Assembly: GCA_963805625.1 (NCBI GenBank)
Contig: CAWDVE010000001.1
Span: 1 to 42,552 of the forward strand
Direction: 5' to 3'
Length of the DNA: 42,552 nucleotides
Source: an uncultured Candidatus Rokubacteria bacterium
GTDB lineage: Bacteria > Methylomirabilota > Methylomirabilia > Rokubacteriales > DASRDR01
The notes beneath the pieces were generated by a model. The model saw nothing but the letters and a program-made list of their open reading frames with translations, was not told where the DNA came from and did no database searches. Below, piece after piece: positions 1-9,615 of the stretch. Numbering within the stretch: the first letter of the stretch is position 1; every line of letters starts with the position of its first letter. The position numbers and the translations under genes were made by a program.

Positions 1-264
1 GGCGGCGAAGACGCTGACCCTATAGGGAAAGATCGTCCGCCTCGACCTAACGGGGCCGGTACCTCATCGGTGAGTCGCCGAGCCGCCAAGCCATGAAAGA
101 CTCCATGGGGGCCGCGGTCGAGCCAGCTACGTGAACACGCGGCGTCGGAATCGATCAATTCGCCGATTTGATCGTGCCCGACCACGGACCGCCAGGGACC
201 GTCGGCCGAATGTTTGGACAGTTCAGCCTGGCGGAGGGCACCGCGCCGCCTCATGGCGACGGCG

Positions 265-1485
265 TCAGGGGAGGATGTTCTGCTTGCGGTAGCCCCCGCT
301 GACGGAGGCGGAGGCCTGCGCTTGGAGCCAGCCGGCATCGGCGCTCCTGTCGCCAAAGCGGCCAGGCGCACAGGAACGGGGATCGACGGTGGTCTCGCCG
401 CCTTCGATCAGGTCTGCGATGAGGGTGCCGGCCATCGCCGACCAGGTGACGCCCGCGGAGTTCATGGCGCTGGCGACCAGCAAGTCCTGGATCCCCTCGA
501 TCCGACCGATCAGTGGGAGACCGTCAGGCGTGAAGGACTCAGGACCATTGATGAAGCGCTGGACCGGCGCCTTTGCGAGGGCCGGGAACAGCGCGGTCGC
601 CTGCTCGAAGTAGGGTGCGATCTTGTCGACGCGCGGCGCCAGCAAGGTGAACGAGAACGGCTCCGGCAGCGCTTCGGGCGCGATGGGGATAGCGTCCTCG
701 TCGAAGAAGCCGATCAGCAAGCTACCTACCTCCTCGCGACCGTAGGCGAGGCAATCCGGCACGACGAAGGAGGGAGTCTGGCGGTCGAGTTGCGGGCTCA
801 CGTCCGCGATGAGGTACATGTGCTCGCAGGGCCACTGCGCCAAGTGGCAGCCGAGCGGTGCCAACAGGCTACGCGACCACAGGCCGGCGGCGACCACGAC
901 CACGTCGGCCACGATCGGGCCCCGGCTGGTCTCGAGGCCGCTGATGCGGTCGCCTCTGGTAATCAGCCGCTCGACGACCGTCCCCTCCTCGATGCGCGCG
1001 CCCTTCATTCGAGCGCCCTTCGCGAACGCGGCGGTGAGGTCCGCGGGATTGAGCCGGCCAGAGAACGGATTGAACCAGATGCCGGCGGTCACGGACGGCT
1101 CGATCAGCGGGTTGAGGCGCCGCGCCTCCACGGGCTCGAGCCAGCGGGCTGCGTAGCCGCGCCTGGCCGCCTCCTCAGCATGATGCGTGAAACCCTCGCG
1201 CGAGGCCGGGGTGAGCGCCACGAACAGTCGGCCCGTCCAGAGCCAGCCTGTGTCCTGCCCGGTCTCGACGGTCAGGCGCTCGATAGAGCGAAACATGCCG
1301 TGGACTGGCGCATCGTGCCCAGGTGAGAATCGCCAAGTGATGTTGCCGGCCGAGTGCCAGGTGGTGCCCGAGCCGAGGCGGTCGCGCTCAAGCAACACGA
1401 TGTCGCCGAGGCCGCGGTCAGCGAGGTGCCAAGCCACGCTGGCGCCGATCACCCCGCCGCCGACGATTACGATGCGCCGTGCCAT
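265..1485 (-). CDS. FAD-dependent oxidoreductase (DAO family; resembles dimethylglycine/sarcosine dehydrogenase flavin domain)
   Basis: N-terminal GxGxxG (IVIVGGGVIG), GSGTTWHSAG, NGPESFTPDGLPLIG and MNSAG motifs; no C-terminal GcvT folate domain. Confidence 0.9.
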   Translation of the reverse strand: MARRIVIVGGGVIGASVAWHLADRGLGDIVLLERDRLGSGTTWHSAGNITWRFSPGHDAPVHGMFRSIERLTVETGQDTGWLWTGRLFVALTPASREGFTHHAEEAARRGYAARWLEPVEARRLNPLIEPSVTAGIWFNPFSGRLNPADLTAAFAKGARMKGARIEEGTVVERLITRGDRISGLETSRGPIVADVVVVAAGLWSRSLLAPLGCHLAQWPCEHMYLIADVSPQLDRQTPSFVVPDCLAYGREEVGSLLIGFFDEDAIPIAPEALPEPFSFTLLAPRVDKIAPYFEQATALFPALAKAPVQRFINGPESFTPDGLPLIGRIEGIQDLLVASAMNSAGVTWSAMAGTLIADLIEGGETTVDPRSCAPGRFGDRSADAGWLQAQASASVSGGYRKQNILP

Positions 1486-2056
1486 GTGCGCCCCTCCCGG
1501 GGCAGATTCTACCGCCTCGGGGTCCGCGGCGGCCGGCCTCGAGTCACGATGCCCTCATTCAGAGTGCCGAGAGAATGCATCGTCGGGTACCAATGACAGG
1601 GCACCGACGGCGCACTATAATGCCATCTTCCCCTCTGCGCCCCGGGTGACGTGAGTCAACTCCGAACGCTCACCTTCTCAACGATGGAGCGCGGAGAAAC
1701 GGTCGAGCGGGCTATCACGGTCGAGGCCACTGTTGTTGAAGAGGGAGGTGAGCATGGAAATCTTCGCACAGAGAAGATCTTGACGTATTGACCCGGGCCG
1801 GCTGCCCGGTAGCCCGCGTGAAGTCGCGGATCTGCTGAGGATTGACTACGGCATCCGGCCACCGCGCGCTGAGCAGCGCGGCTCCGGACAAGTAGATAGA
1901 GTTCGTGACCGGCACAGGTGACGTGCACCGCCGCCGCAGATTCTTGTATCCTCTGGCCGAGGGCCGTCGCCCGTTCCTTTCCCTCGTGCTGTCCTTGACC
2001 GGGAACGGGCACGCAACCTGGCGGCGCGAGCCCCGCCTTGATTTCGGAGGTGCGCA

Positions 2057-2500
2057 TTGTCATTCCGTGACCGATATCGGCGGCTCGAGGTGACCGCCCT
2101 GGTCGCGGGGCTCCTCGTGTGCACGGCCGCCTGCGCGGCTGTTACGACGAGCGTCTCAGTCGAGACGCTGCTGAAGGCCGGAGCGTCCTGGGACGGCACG
2201 CCCTACGAGCGTTACCCGGACGCGGCGCCCGAGCTGACGGTGCTCAAGATCACCATCCCACCGCGGACCGCGCTTCCCTGGCACCGCCACCCCATGCCGA
2301 ACGCAGCTTATGTCGTGTCCGGCGAACTGCTAGTGGAGAAGCGCGACGGCGGTCAGACCATTCGGCTCGTGGCCGGCGACGTGCTGCCCGAGATGGTGAA
2401 TGGAGTGCATCGCGGCGTCACCGGCGACGTGCCGGTAGTGCTTATCGTGTTCTACGCGGGAGCCCGGGGGCTACCCGTTTCTGAGACGCTCGGCAAGTAG
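2057..2500 (+). CDS. Cupin-domain protein, probably secreted
   Basis: Cupin motifs PWHRHPMPNAAYVVSGEL and GDVLPEMVNGVHRG; hydrophobic N-terminus; start could be GTG at 2090. Confidence 0.85.
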   Translation: MSFRDRYRRLEVTALVAGLLVCTAACAAVTTSVSVETLLKAGASWDGTPYERYPDAAPELTVLKITIPPRTALPWHRHPMPNAAYVVSGELLVEKRDGGQTIRLVAGDVLPEMVNGVHRGVTGDVPVVLIVFYAGARGLPVSETLGK

Positions 2501-2962
2501 GCGGTACCGGCCTACGCCGGTCTGGCCGCGCCAGAAGGCCAGCAGCACGGAACCCCGACAGTGCGGTTGCGCGCGCAGCACGACGAACGCGTTACCGCCT
2601 TGGCGCAGCACGCGTCGGGTAGGCCAACGGCGGCTGCTTCACGTGTCGTGCGCCCCCAGGATGCTTTCAATCTCGAGGGAGGAGAGCCCTGTCCGTGCCC
2701 CTGCTCTGCTGATACAGCTTGGCGTGGAGAGCTCATCGGGTGCGACGGCCGGACAGACTGCATAGCGCAGGTGGACGAAGAGCTGAGAACGATGCGAGTG
2801 AGCACCCTCGATTTCATCCGATTCGGAAGGTTTGGGCCCCGGTGGCTAAGTACGCACAGGATCGGAGGTCGCCAGCCTGAGGTTTGAGCCCCGTCACCTT
2901 TCTCGGAACTAAACAGCGTCCAACTTCGTGAGCTCACTAGCGAAAGCGTGGTCGCGGGTTAG

Positions 2963-2992
2963 GCACGAGTTCGAATCCCGTCGGAGCCACCA
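2963..2992 (+). other. Isolated tRNA 3'-end fragment (T-arm, acceptor strand, CCA), tRNA-Glu-like; possible att-site remnant
   Basis: GCACGAGTTCGAATCCCGTCGGAGCCACCA has a TTCGAAT T-loop, a T-stem with one mismatch and ACCA; no matching D-arm or anticodon arm upstream; T-rich tract follows. Confidence 0.6.
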
Positions 2993-3151
2993 CTCGGTCT
3001 CTTTTCCTTTTGGTTTTCCGGTTAAGAGACTATCTCCCACGACCCAAACGCGAACGGCTGGTCCAGGGCAGATGTGACGGTGCGCCGCGCTTGTTGCGGA
3101 CGCCGGGGTTGGGAGGAACCCGCAACGGGGCGCGCGCGAAATTAAAGCCGC

Positions 3152-4141
3152 CTACGAGGATGGCGGGCTGAGCCGGCGTGGTAACGCGATGCCCGTGACC
3201 TCCTGGTACGCCACGAGATACCGGGCGATGTCGGGGCGCCAGAAGGTGGTCCAGGTGGCGGCCGCGGGAGGCGCGGACTGGGTCCAGTCGCCGAAGCGGA
3301 TGGAGAGGAGCAGGGCTTCGGACGTCGCGGCGAGATCGTCGTAGAAGAGGGCGAGCGAGTCGAAGGCGCCCGTGAGCTGGCGGAGGCGGTCGAGCGTGGG
3401 CATCCACGGCTCGGGGTAGGGGACGAGGACCGGGCCGCGGAGCGCGGCGGTGAACTCGGGACGCGCGAGGAGCCACTCGGCGGTGAGGAGGTCGGCGCGG
3501 CCGAGGGAGAGGCTCTCGCCGAGGCGCGCGAAGATGTCGGGGGGCGGGACACCCTCGACGATCAGCGATGCGCGCTGGGCGAGATGAACGTGGAGGCGCC
3601 GCAGCCGGAAGAGCAGGTGGCTCGCGTCGGCGGGCGGGACGAGGCGGAGGGCCTCGACGAGGGCCGCATGGAACGCGCGGAGAAAGCGCGACGACTTCAC
3701 GCGGGGGCTGGCGTCGGGAGTGCTGGGGGCGGGAAGGCGGAGGCCGTAGTGGGCGAGGTAGTTGGCCGCCCGCGCGGCAGCCCGGGCGCCGCTCTGGTGA
3801 TCGTTGAGCCAGGTCGTCAGGAGCGCGACGAGGGACGGCGGAAGGTCGAGCTTCGGGATGCCCGAGGAGCCGGGCATGGGCGCGTCGATCTGACGGGCCG
3901 CGAGGAGTGTGGTCAGGCGTGCGAGGTGGGCGGCATCCAGCCAGAAACTCCAGATCGGCTCGACGAGGGGAAGGGGGGAGTCAGCGGCCGGCGCGATCCG
4001 GTCCCTGACGGCGGCGGCGAGACGCGCCGGCTGATCGCCCGCGGCTTGAGTGGGGGCGAGGCGCAGCGGTCGAGCGCGCGCGGTGAGCGCGGCGCGGAGG
4101 GCGCGGTCGCTGACTGAGCGGGAGACCTGCCGCTTCGCCAT
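3152..4141 (-). CDS. Hypothetical protein
   Basis: 329-aa ORF with ATG start and protein-like composition; aromatic motifs EPIWSFW, YLAHYGL, VPYPEPWM, LLSIRFGDW, FWRPDIARY. Confidence 0.75.
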   Translation of the reverse strand: MAKRQVSRSVSDRALRAALTARARPLRLAPTQAAGDQPARLAAAVRDRIAPAADSPLPLVEPIWSFWLDAAHLARLTTLLAARQIDAPMPGSSGIPKLDLPPSLVALLTTWLNDHQSGARAAARAANYLAHYGLRLPAPSTPDASPRVKSSRFLRAFHAALVEALRLVPPADASHLLFRLRRLHVHLAQRASLIVEGVPPPDIFARLGESLSLGRADLLTAEWLLARPEFTAALRGPVLVPYPEPWMPTLDRLRQLTGAFDSLALFYDDLAATSEALLLSIRFGDWTQSAPPAAATWTTFWRPDIARYLVAYQEVTGIALPRRLSPPSS

Positions 4142-4397
4142 GGTTGTCCGGGTGGCAGGCCATTATCGCCGGAAACGTGCGACCGGACACGACCCCAGCG
4201 TGACCACTCCGTTCCGGCCCGCACCATGACGCTGCCCCGCCCGCCGGAGTAGGATGGCCGCGTGATTCGTCGGCTCGTCGGTGGGGGCGGCGCGACGGCG
4301 ATCCTGGTCCCGGCGCGCGCTCGCGAGGACGCGCCGGGCGCGACCCAGCCCGGATCGTGAGCCGGATCGTCGAGCGCCAATCGCGAAAGGACTGCCC

Positions 4398-5780
4398 ATG
4401 GTGAGCAAGCGTCCCGCGTCCCGCCCCGCCCCCGTCGCCCGGATCGTGGCGGCGGCCCGCGCCGCCCGCGTGCGGCTCGTGCGCTTCCTCTACACGGACA
4501 ACGGCGGGGTCACCCGGGGCAAGGCGACGCACGTCGAGAGCCTCGCCCAGCGGATAGCGGACGGCATCGGCCTCACCGTCGCCATGCAGGCCATGAACAT
4601 GCTGGACCATCTCACGCCGGTGGAGGGGATGGGGCCCGTCGGCGAGATCCGCCTCGTGCCCGACCCCGCGACGTTCACGGTCCTGCCCTACGCGCCCCAC
4701 TCGGCGGCGATGACGACGGACATGCTCGCCCTCGACGGGACGCCGTGGGGCGCGTGCCCGCGGGCGTTCCTCAAGCGCCAGATCGCCGCCTGCGCGGCGG
4801 AGGGATTCGGCGTCCAGGCGGCGTTCGAGTGCGAGTTCAGCCTGGCGACGCGGGAGGCCGACGGAAGCTACCGGCCTCTCGATGAGAGCCTCTGCTTCTC
4901 GACGGTGGGGATGACGAGCGCGGCCCACGTGATCGACGACATCGTCGCGGCTCTGGAGGCCCAGGGGATCCAGGTGGAGCAGTACTACCCGGAGCTGGGG
5001 CACGGCCAGCAGGAGCTCTCGATCCGGCACGCCGACGCCCTCGCGGCGGCCGATCGCCAGGTCTACTACCGCGAGACCGTGCGGAACGTCGCCTGGCGGC
5101 ACGGCCTTCACGCCTCGCTCGCGCCGAAGCCGTTCCCGGAGGGCGCGGGGAACGGCGGCCACATCCACTTCAGCCTGTGGGATCGGAGCGGCCGCCGGGC
5201 CCTCATGCACGATCCGCGGGACCGGTACGGTGTGAGCCCGCTCGGCTATCACTTCATCGCGGGCGTTCTCCATCATCTGCCGGCGCTGCTCGCCCTCACG
5301 TGCGCCACCTACAACTCGTACCGGCGGCTCCAGCCCCACTTCTGGGCCTCGGCCTACACGGCGTGGGGCCCCGACAACCGCGAGGCGGCGGTGCGGATTC
5401 CGTCCGCGTTCCGGTCGGACCGCGCGGGATCGACCAACGCGGAGCTCAAGGCGTGTGACCCGGCGGCGAATCCGTACCTCGCCCTCGGCGGCCTGCTGGC
5501 CACGGGGCTGGACGGCGTCAAGCGTCGGCTCGCCCCCGGAGAGGCGACGCTCGAGGACCCCGGCAATTACTCCGCGAAGGAGCGGGCGGCGCGAGGCATC
5601 CGGCGATATCCCGAGACGTTGAAGGACGCCCTCGACCAGCTTGAGCGGGACCCGGTGCTGGTGGATGCGCTGGGGCCGCTGCTCGCGCGGTCGTTCCTGG
5701 CCGTCAAGCGCGCCGAGTGGGCGGCGTTCAGCAAGGAGTCCGTGGACTTCGAGGTGCGGCATCACTTCGGGAAGTTCTGA
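4398..5780 (+). CDS. Glutamine synthetase family protein (GSI-like / gamma-glutamyl ligase)
   Basis: FECEF, ELGHGQQE, GNGGHIHFSL, NSYRRL, WGPDNREAAVR, NPYLALG motifs; AAAGGA RBS before ATG 4398. Confidence 0.92.
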   Translation: MVSKRPASRPAPVARIVAAARAARVRLVRFLYTDNGGVTRGKATHVESLAQRIADGIGLTVAMQAMNMLDHLTPVEGMGPVGEIRLVPDPATFTVLPYAPHSAAMTTDMLALDGTPWGACPRAFLKRQIAACAAEGFGVQAAFECEFSLATREADGSYRPLDESLCFSTVGMTSAAHVIDDIVAALEAQGIQVEQYYPELGHGQQELSIRHADALAAADRQVYYRETVRNVAWRHGLHASLAPKPFPEGAGNGGHIHFSLWDRSGRRALMHDPRDRYGVSPLGYHFIAGVLHHLPALLALTCATYNSYRRLQPHFWASAYTAWGPDNREAAVRIPSAFRSDRAGSTNAELKACDPAANPYLALGGLLATGLDGVKRRLAPGEATLEDPGNYSAKERAARGIRRYPETLKDALDQLERDPVLVDALGPLLARSFLAVKRAEWAAFSKESVDFEVRHHFGKF

Positions 5781-5793
5781 GGCGGGCCGCGCG

Positions 5794-6936
5794 ATGCCGC
5801 TCGACCTCGGGACCATACCGATCCTTGACCACCACTGTCACACGCTGCTCCGTCCGGGCGCGCTCACCCCGGCGATCTTCCAGCAGTTCTTCACCGAGAG
5901 CCTCGACCCGACCGTGCGGGCGCGGGACGTCCCGGCGACCGTCTTTTTCCGCTGGGCGCTCCGGGAACTGGCCGGGTACCTTGGCTGCGCGCCGACGGTG
6001 GACGCCGTCCTGGCGGCGCGCATCGCCGCCGGCGACGGCCTGGCCGGCCGGATGCTGCGCGATGCGAACGTTCCGGTCCTCCTGGTCGACCTCGGCTACC
6101 AGGTCGGCGAGATGTCGACGCTCGAGGAGCTGCGGGCGCGCCTGCCCTGCCGGATCCACGCGATCCTGCGGCTCGAGACGCTCGCCCAGGAGCTCATCCT
6201 CCGCCACGAGCGCTTCGACGCCGTCGTGGACGCCTTCGTCGGCACCGTGGAGGGCGCGCGGGCAGCCGGCCACGTCGGGCTCAAGAGCATCATCGCCTAC
6301 CGCACCGGCCTCGCCGTTGGGACCCCGCGCCGCGCGGACGCCGCCCGCGCGTTCCGGCCGCTCCGCGCCGAGGCGCGACGCGCGGGCCGCATCCGCCTCG
6401 CTGCCAAGCCGCTCACCGACTACCTCCTGCGGCTGGCGCTCGACGCGGCCGCGCGGCAGGCGCTGCCCCTGCAGCTCCACACCGGCTTCGGGGACTCCGA
6501 CGTCGATCTCCTCCAGGCGAACCCGCTCCTTCTGCGCCCGCTCCTCGAGGACCGGCGCTTCGCCTCCGTGCCGTTCGTCCTGCTCCACGGCGCCTATCCC
6601 TACGTCCGGGAGCTGAGCTACCTGGCCTCCCTCTACCCGAACGTCCACGTGGATCTCGGCCTGGCGATCCCGCACGTGGCGAGCGACCTCCCCGGCATCG
6701 TCCGGCAAGCCCTCAGCCTGGCTCCGACGAGCCGAGTCCTGTTCTCCAGCGACGCCTCGGGCGTGCCGGACCTCTACTGGCTCGCCGCGCGCTGGGGCCG
6801 CCGCGCGCTCGGCACGGTCCTGGAGGATCTCGTCCGCGAGGGCGCGCTCGGGTCCGACGAAGCCCTCTCGGTAGCGGAGGACATCCTCGGGCGGAACGCG
6901 GCCCGCCTCTACGGCGTGCCATTTGGGTCGTCCTGA
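5794..6936 (+). CDS. Amidohydrolase_2 family protein (FluG N-terminal domain-like)
   Basis: DHHCH metal motif, KSIIAYRTGL, QLHTGFGDSD, LLHGAYPY, LFSSDA; ATG 13 nt after the GS-like stop. Confidence 0.88.
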   Translation: MPLDLGTIPILDHHCHTLLRPGALTPAIFQQFFTESLDPTVRARDVPATVFFRWALRELAGYLGCAPTVDAVLAARIAAGDGLAGRMLRDANVPVLLVDLGYQVGEMSTLEELRARLPCRIHAILRLETLAQELILRHERFDAVVDAFVGTVEGARAAGHVGLKSIIAYRTGLAVGTPRRADAARAFRPLRAEARRAGRIRLAAKPLTDYLLRLALDAAARQALPLQLHTGFGDSDVDLLQANPLLLRPLLEDRRFASVPFVLLHGAYPYVRELSYLASLYPNVHVDLGLAIPHVASDLPGIVRQALSLAPTSRVLFSSDASGVPDLYWLAARWGRRALGTVLEDLVREGALGSDEALSVAEDILGRNAARLYGVPFGSS

Positions 6937-6982
6937 GTCTCGCGTCATTGCCACGGCGCTGACCACCACACCACACGCCTCG

Positions 6983-7060
6983 AAGGTCGGCTTCGACACC
7001 GATCCGGACGAGGCCGCGGCGAGCCGCTGGCGCGTGCTCGACTAGGTCGCGACCGACCGG
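6983..7060 (+). pseudogene. Short shard resembling a metallo-beta-lactamase-fold hydrolase C-terminal segment
   Basis: Translates KVGFDTDPDEAAASRWRVLD*VATDR, like the FDxDPxxAxxTRxxxLDxxAxD segment of MBL-fold proteins; internal TAG. Confidence 0.4.
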
Positions 7061-7290
7061 TCGCGCCGGAGACCTTCACCTTCCTCGATCGCCTGTTCGG
7101 GAAGATGGCGACGTTGTTCCCGGACCGGCACTTCCATGTGGGCGGCGACGAGATCTCCGGCGCGGACTGAAAGGCCAATTCGCGAGTCCAGGAGTTCATG
7201 AAGACCAACGGGTTGATGACGCTGGGGGAGCTCGAGTCCTACTTCTTCGACCGCGTGCGGAAGGGCGTGGTGGCTCACGGCAAGACCGCC
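7055..7290 (+). pseudogene. GH20 beta-N-acetylhexosaminidase internal fragment
   Basis: ETFTFLDRLFGKMATLFPDRHFHVGGDE contains the GH20 catalytic HxGGDE motif; TGA at 7168-7170 where Trp is expected; no start or end. Confidence 0.75.
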
Positions 7291-7449
7291 GCGACATCAC
7301 TCAAAGAGAGACGAACCAGGTCCGTTGTCGAGCTTACCCCTCTGGGTGGGGCCGCCATTCCGCCGGATCCGGACGGCCCGACCGTCCGAGGTCCCGGCTG
7401 AGCTCGCGCGAAAAATGGTCGAGATGTCGCGGGGTTCACCCCCTGGAAG

Positions 7450-7495
7450 ACAGAGACAGAGAACAGAGAAAGACAGAGAACAGAGAAAGACAGAG
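7450..7495 (+). repeat. Iteron-like purine-rich direct repeats (6x ACAGAG; 17-mer GACAGAGAACAGAGAAA twice)
   Basis: Seen directly; A-rich and strand-biased within a GC-rich background. Confidence 0.8.
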
Positions 7496-7511
7496 ACGAA
7501 GACGGCGCGCG

Positions 7512-7553
7512 TGTCCTGCGCGCGCGTCGTGCGCACAACGCGCGCGCAGGACA
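7512..7553. repeat. 42-bp near-perfect palindrome (one mismatched pair)
   Basis: TGTCCTGCGCGCGCGTCGTGC|GCACAACGCGCGCGCAGGACA is symmetric about 7532/7533. Confidence 0.9.
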
Positions 7554-7931
7554 TCCTCCCCCGCGCGGCGAGGAGACCGCCACCGCCGCGGCCATTCGAG
7601 AGCTCCTCGCGACCCAGCCCTGGTGGCGACCGCCGGCGGATGGCCGACCGAGTCCGACCGGGGCGGAAGCCGGCACCGGCGCACCGGGCGAGGCCTCGAC
7701 GCCATGAGCCCGAATAGGAAGGCCCGGAACGTGGGTAGGGCACCGACCAACCCGCCGTGGCACGACTGGCGGTTCGAACTGGTTCCGCGAGGCGTCGAGA
7801 CTGGATCGACGGAGCCGCCGCCCAGGGGACGCGTATCGACAGGCGATGGCCGCACCGAACGCGGGAGCCACGCCCTCCCCGTGGTGCGCGCCCACACCCC
7901 GCGACATGACTCCTCACCAGGAGGCCAGTCC

Positions 7932-8140
7932 ATGACAACGACGATCCGCTCCCGCAAGGTGCGCCGAATTCTCCGGCTCGAGGCCCAGGCAGACCGCCAG
8001 GCGACGCGCGAGGCGCGGGCGGCCTCGCGCGCGACGCTGCTCCAGCGCCGCGTGGACGCCCTCCGCACCGAGGCGCGCACCCTCGAGGCGAGCCTCAATG
8101 ACGCCCAGCGGGCGGAGCTCGGGCGCGCCCGAACCTGCCC
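7932..8140 (+). pseudogene. Small basic coiled-coil protein; 3' end unclear or disrupted
   Basis: AGGAGG RBS at 7919-7924, ATG 7932, helical sequence MTTTIRSRKVRRILRLEAQADRQ...AELGRAR, then read-through into non-protein-like sequence. Confidence 0.45.
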
Positions 8141-8265
8141 GGCAACGACGAGTCCAACGCCATCGATCCCCCCACGCGCGGCGTCGCACGGGCGATGCGA
8201 CGGCAGCTTTGGCCGCGCCTGCAGGACCTTGATACGCCCCTCCGGCTCGAGGCGTGCCCATCGTC

Positions 8266-8544
8266 GTCGAAGCCTGGCTCCAGCTCTCGATCTACAGCTA
8301 CGCGACCTCGATGAACGGCCTCGCCAACCAGGAGGACCTCCGGCTCCGCTTCGACGTGCTCACGAAGACGAAGCAGCCCGAGCTCCACCGCTACTGGACG
8401 ACCCGCGACCGCGCCGCCAACGTGCGGCTCTACCGTCTGGCGGCCAAAGTCCTCGCCGCCGTCGACGCCGGCGTCTTCCCGCCGCGCGTCGGCTGGCACT
8501 GCCAGGACTGCCCGGTGCGGAGCCGGTGCTGGGCGTGGGGGTAG
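8266..8544 (+). pseudogene. PD-(D/E)XK (RecB/Cas4-like) nuclease C-terminal fragment, copy 1
   Basis: LQLSIYSYA (QxxxY motif) and terminal HCQDCPVRSRC (CxxC-x5-C Fe-S ligands); N-terminal catalytic half absent. Confidence 0.75.
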
Positions 8545-8728
8545 CGGAGTCACGAGCTTGGGTCGGACCGGCGAGATTTGCCCCATTTCCGGGGACTTCC
8601 TGGCCGGCGAACGCTCGGTGCCGAGCCATAAGCCTTCGGATTCATTCACCTGCGTTCTGGCCGTTCCCTTGCCTCTTTCGTCGGCGCAAGCAATCGAGCA
8701 GCGACCCGACGAAACGAGGGAGGACGCG

Positions 8729-9472
8729 ATGCGATACCGAGTGAAGCGACGCATCATGGCCTGGACGGCGGTGCCCCTGCTCGTGGCCCAGTTCGGCTGC
8801 GCGGCCCGGACCGTCGCGCCCTCACCCGCTGCGCCAGCGGTCCCGATCGCCGAGGTGGACCGACAGGCGTGTGAGGCCTATGCGGACAAGCATCCATCCA
8901 AGTCGGTACTGGCTCGCACGCTGGTCGGAGGCTTGCTGCTCCTGCCTCTGGGCGCGGGGGTGGCAGTCCTTGGCATGGCCGTGGGGCGACCCGATGGCCT
9001 GATCCTCCCGTTCATGGCTTTCAATCCCGCGATCGAGGCCGCCAAGGAGAATCGCACCACGCGGGAGGCTGCCATGGCCGCATGCCTCGACCCCGCTATC
9101 CAGGCGCAGACGCTCGGCCCGCGGCACCCGAGCGTGGCGCGGAGCCTCACCCGCCTGGCCGACGGCTACGCCGTCATCGGCGACCTCACCCAGGCCGAAG
9201 GGCTCTACCAGCGCGCTCTGGCCATTCAGGAGGAACGTCTCGGAACCGACCATGACGACGTGGCCCTGACTCTGGCGGGCTACACGGCACTGTTGCGGAA
9301 GCAAGGCCGCGCCGCCGAGGCCGCCGAACTCGACGGCCGCATCGAGGCGATCCGCACCAGGGCCGCTGCCGAGGAGAACCACGCGGCGGGCAGCGAACGC
9401 GGGCCGTCTGAGGGCGCGGCGGTCACCGAAGGTGGTGCTCCCTCTCCCGCGTTGTCCCCGCTGCGCGAGTAA
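8729..9472 (+). CDS. TPR-containing putative lipoprotein
   Basis: GGGAGG RBS; signal peptide with AQFGC lipobox-like motif; kinesin-light-chain-type TPRs (LGPRHPSVARSL...AEGLYQRALAIQEERLGTDHDDVA). Confidence 0.8.
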   Translation: MRYRVKRRIMAWTAVPLLVAQFGCAARTVAPSPAAPAVPIAEVDRQACEAYADKHPSKSVLARTLVGGLLLLPLGAGVAVLGMAVGRPDGLILPFMAFNPAIEAAKENRTTREAAMAACLDPAIQAQTLGPRHPSVARSLTRLADGYAVIGDLTQAEGLYQRALAIQEERLGTDHDDVALTLAGYTALLRKQGRAAEAAELDGRIEAIRTRAAAEENHAAGSERGPSEGAAVTEGGAPSPALSPLRE

Positions 9473-9615
9473 GATCCGTGTCCCTCCGAGCCGCTGGCCC
9501 CTCTGGGATCTTGTCGTGCCGACCCGCCGTGCGCGACCCTCTGGCCACGCTGGCGCACGGCGCGCACGAAGCGGACGCCAGGTCAGGAAGGCAGGCGACG
9601 TCCGTTGCACCGGCG

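Noticed and set aside
1651-2050. Short ORFs on both strands between the oxidoreductase and the cupin
   Set aside because: No recognisable motif or clear RBS; may be degraded fragments
2830-2992. Complete tRNA, intron-containing tRNA or tmRNA
   Set aside because: GGCCCCG near 2835 could pair partly with the acceptor strand, but I could not fold D or anticodon arms or find a tag reading frame
3130-3158. Second oriIS-like motif (TAAAGCCGCCTAC)
   Set aside because: Only a weak match to 14730-14742, no GTTC/CTTG after it, and no transposase sequence nearby
7168-7170. TGA in the GH20 fragment as Sec or Trp recoding
   Set aside because: It lies in a start-less shard with no SECIS noted; TGA is a normal stop elsewhere in the window, so simple TGG>TGA decay is more likely
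7758-7772. Sigma-54 promoter (TGGCACG) upstream of ORF 7932
   Set aside because: No GC at the required -12 spacing
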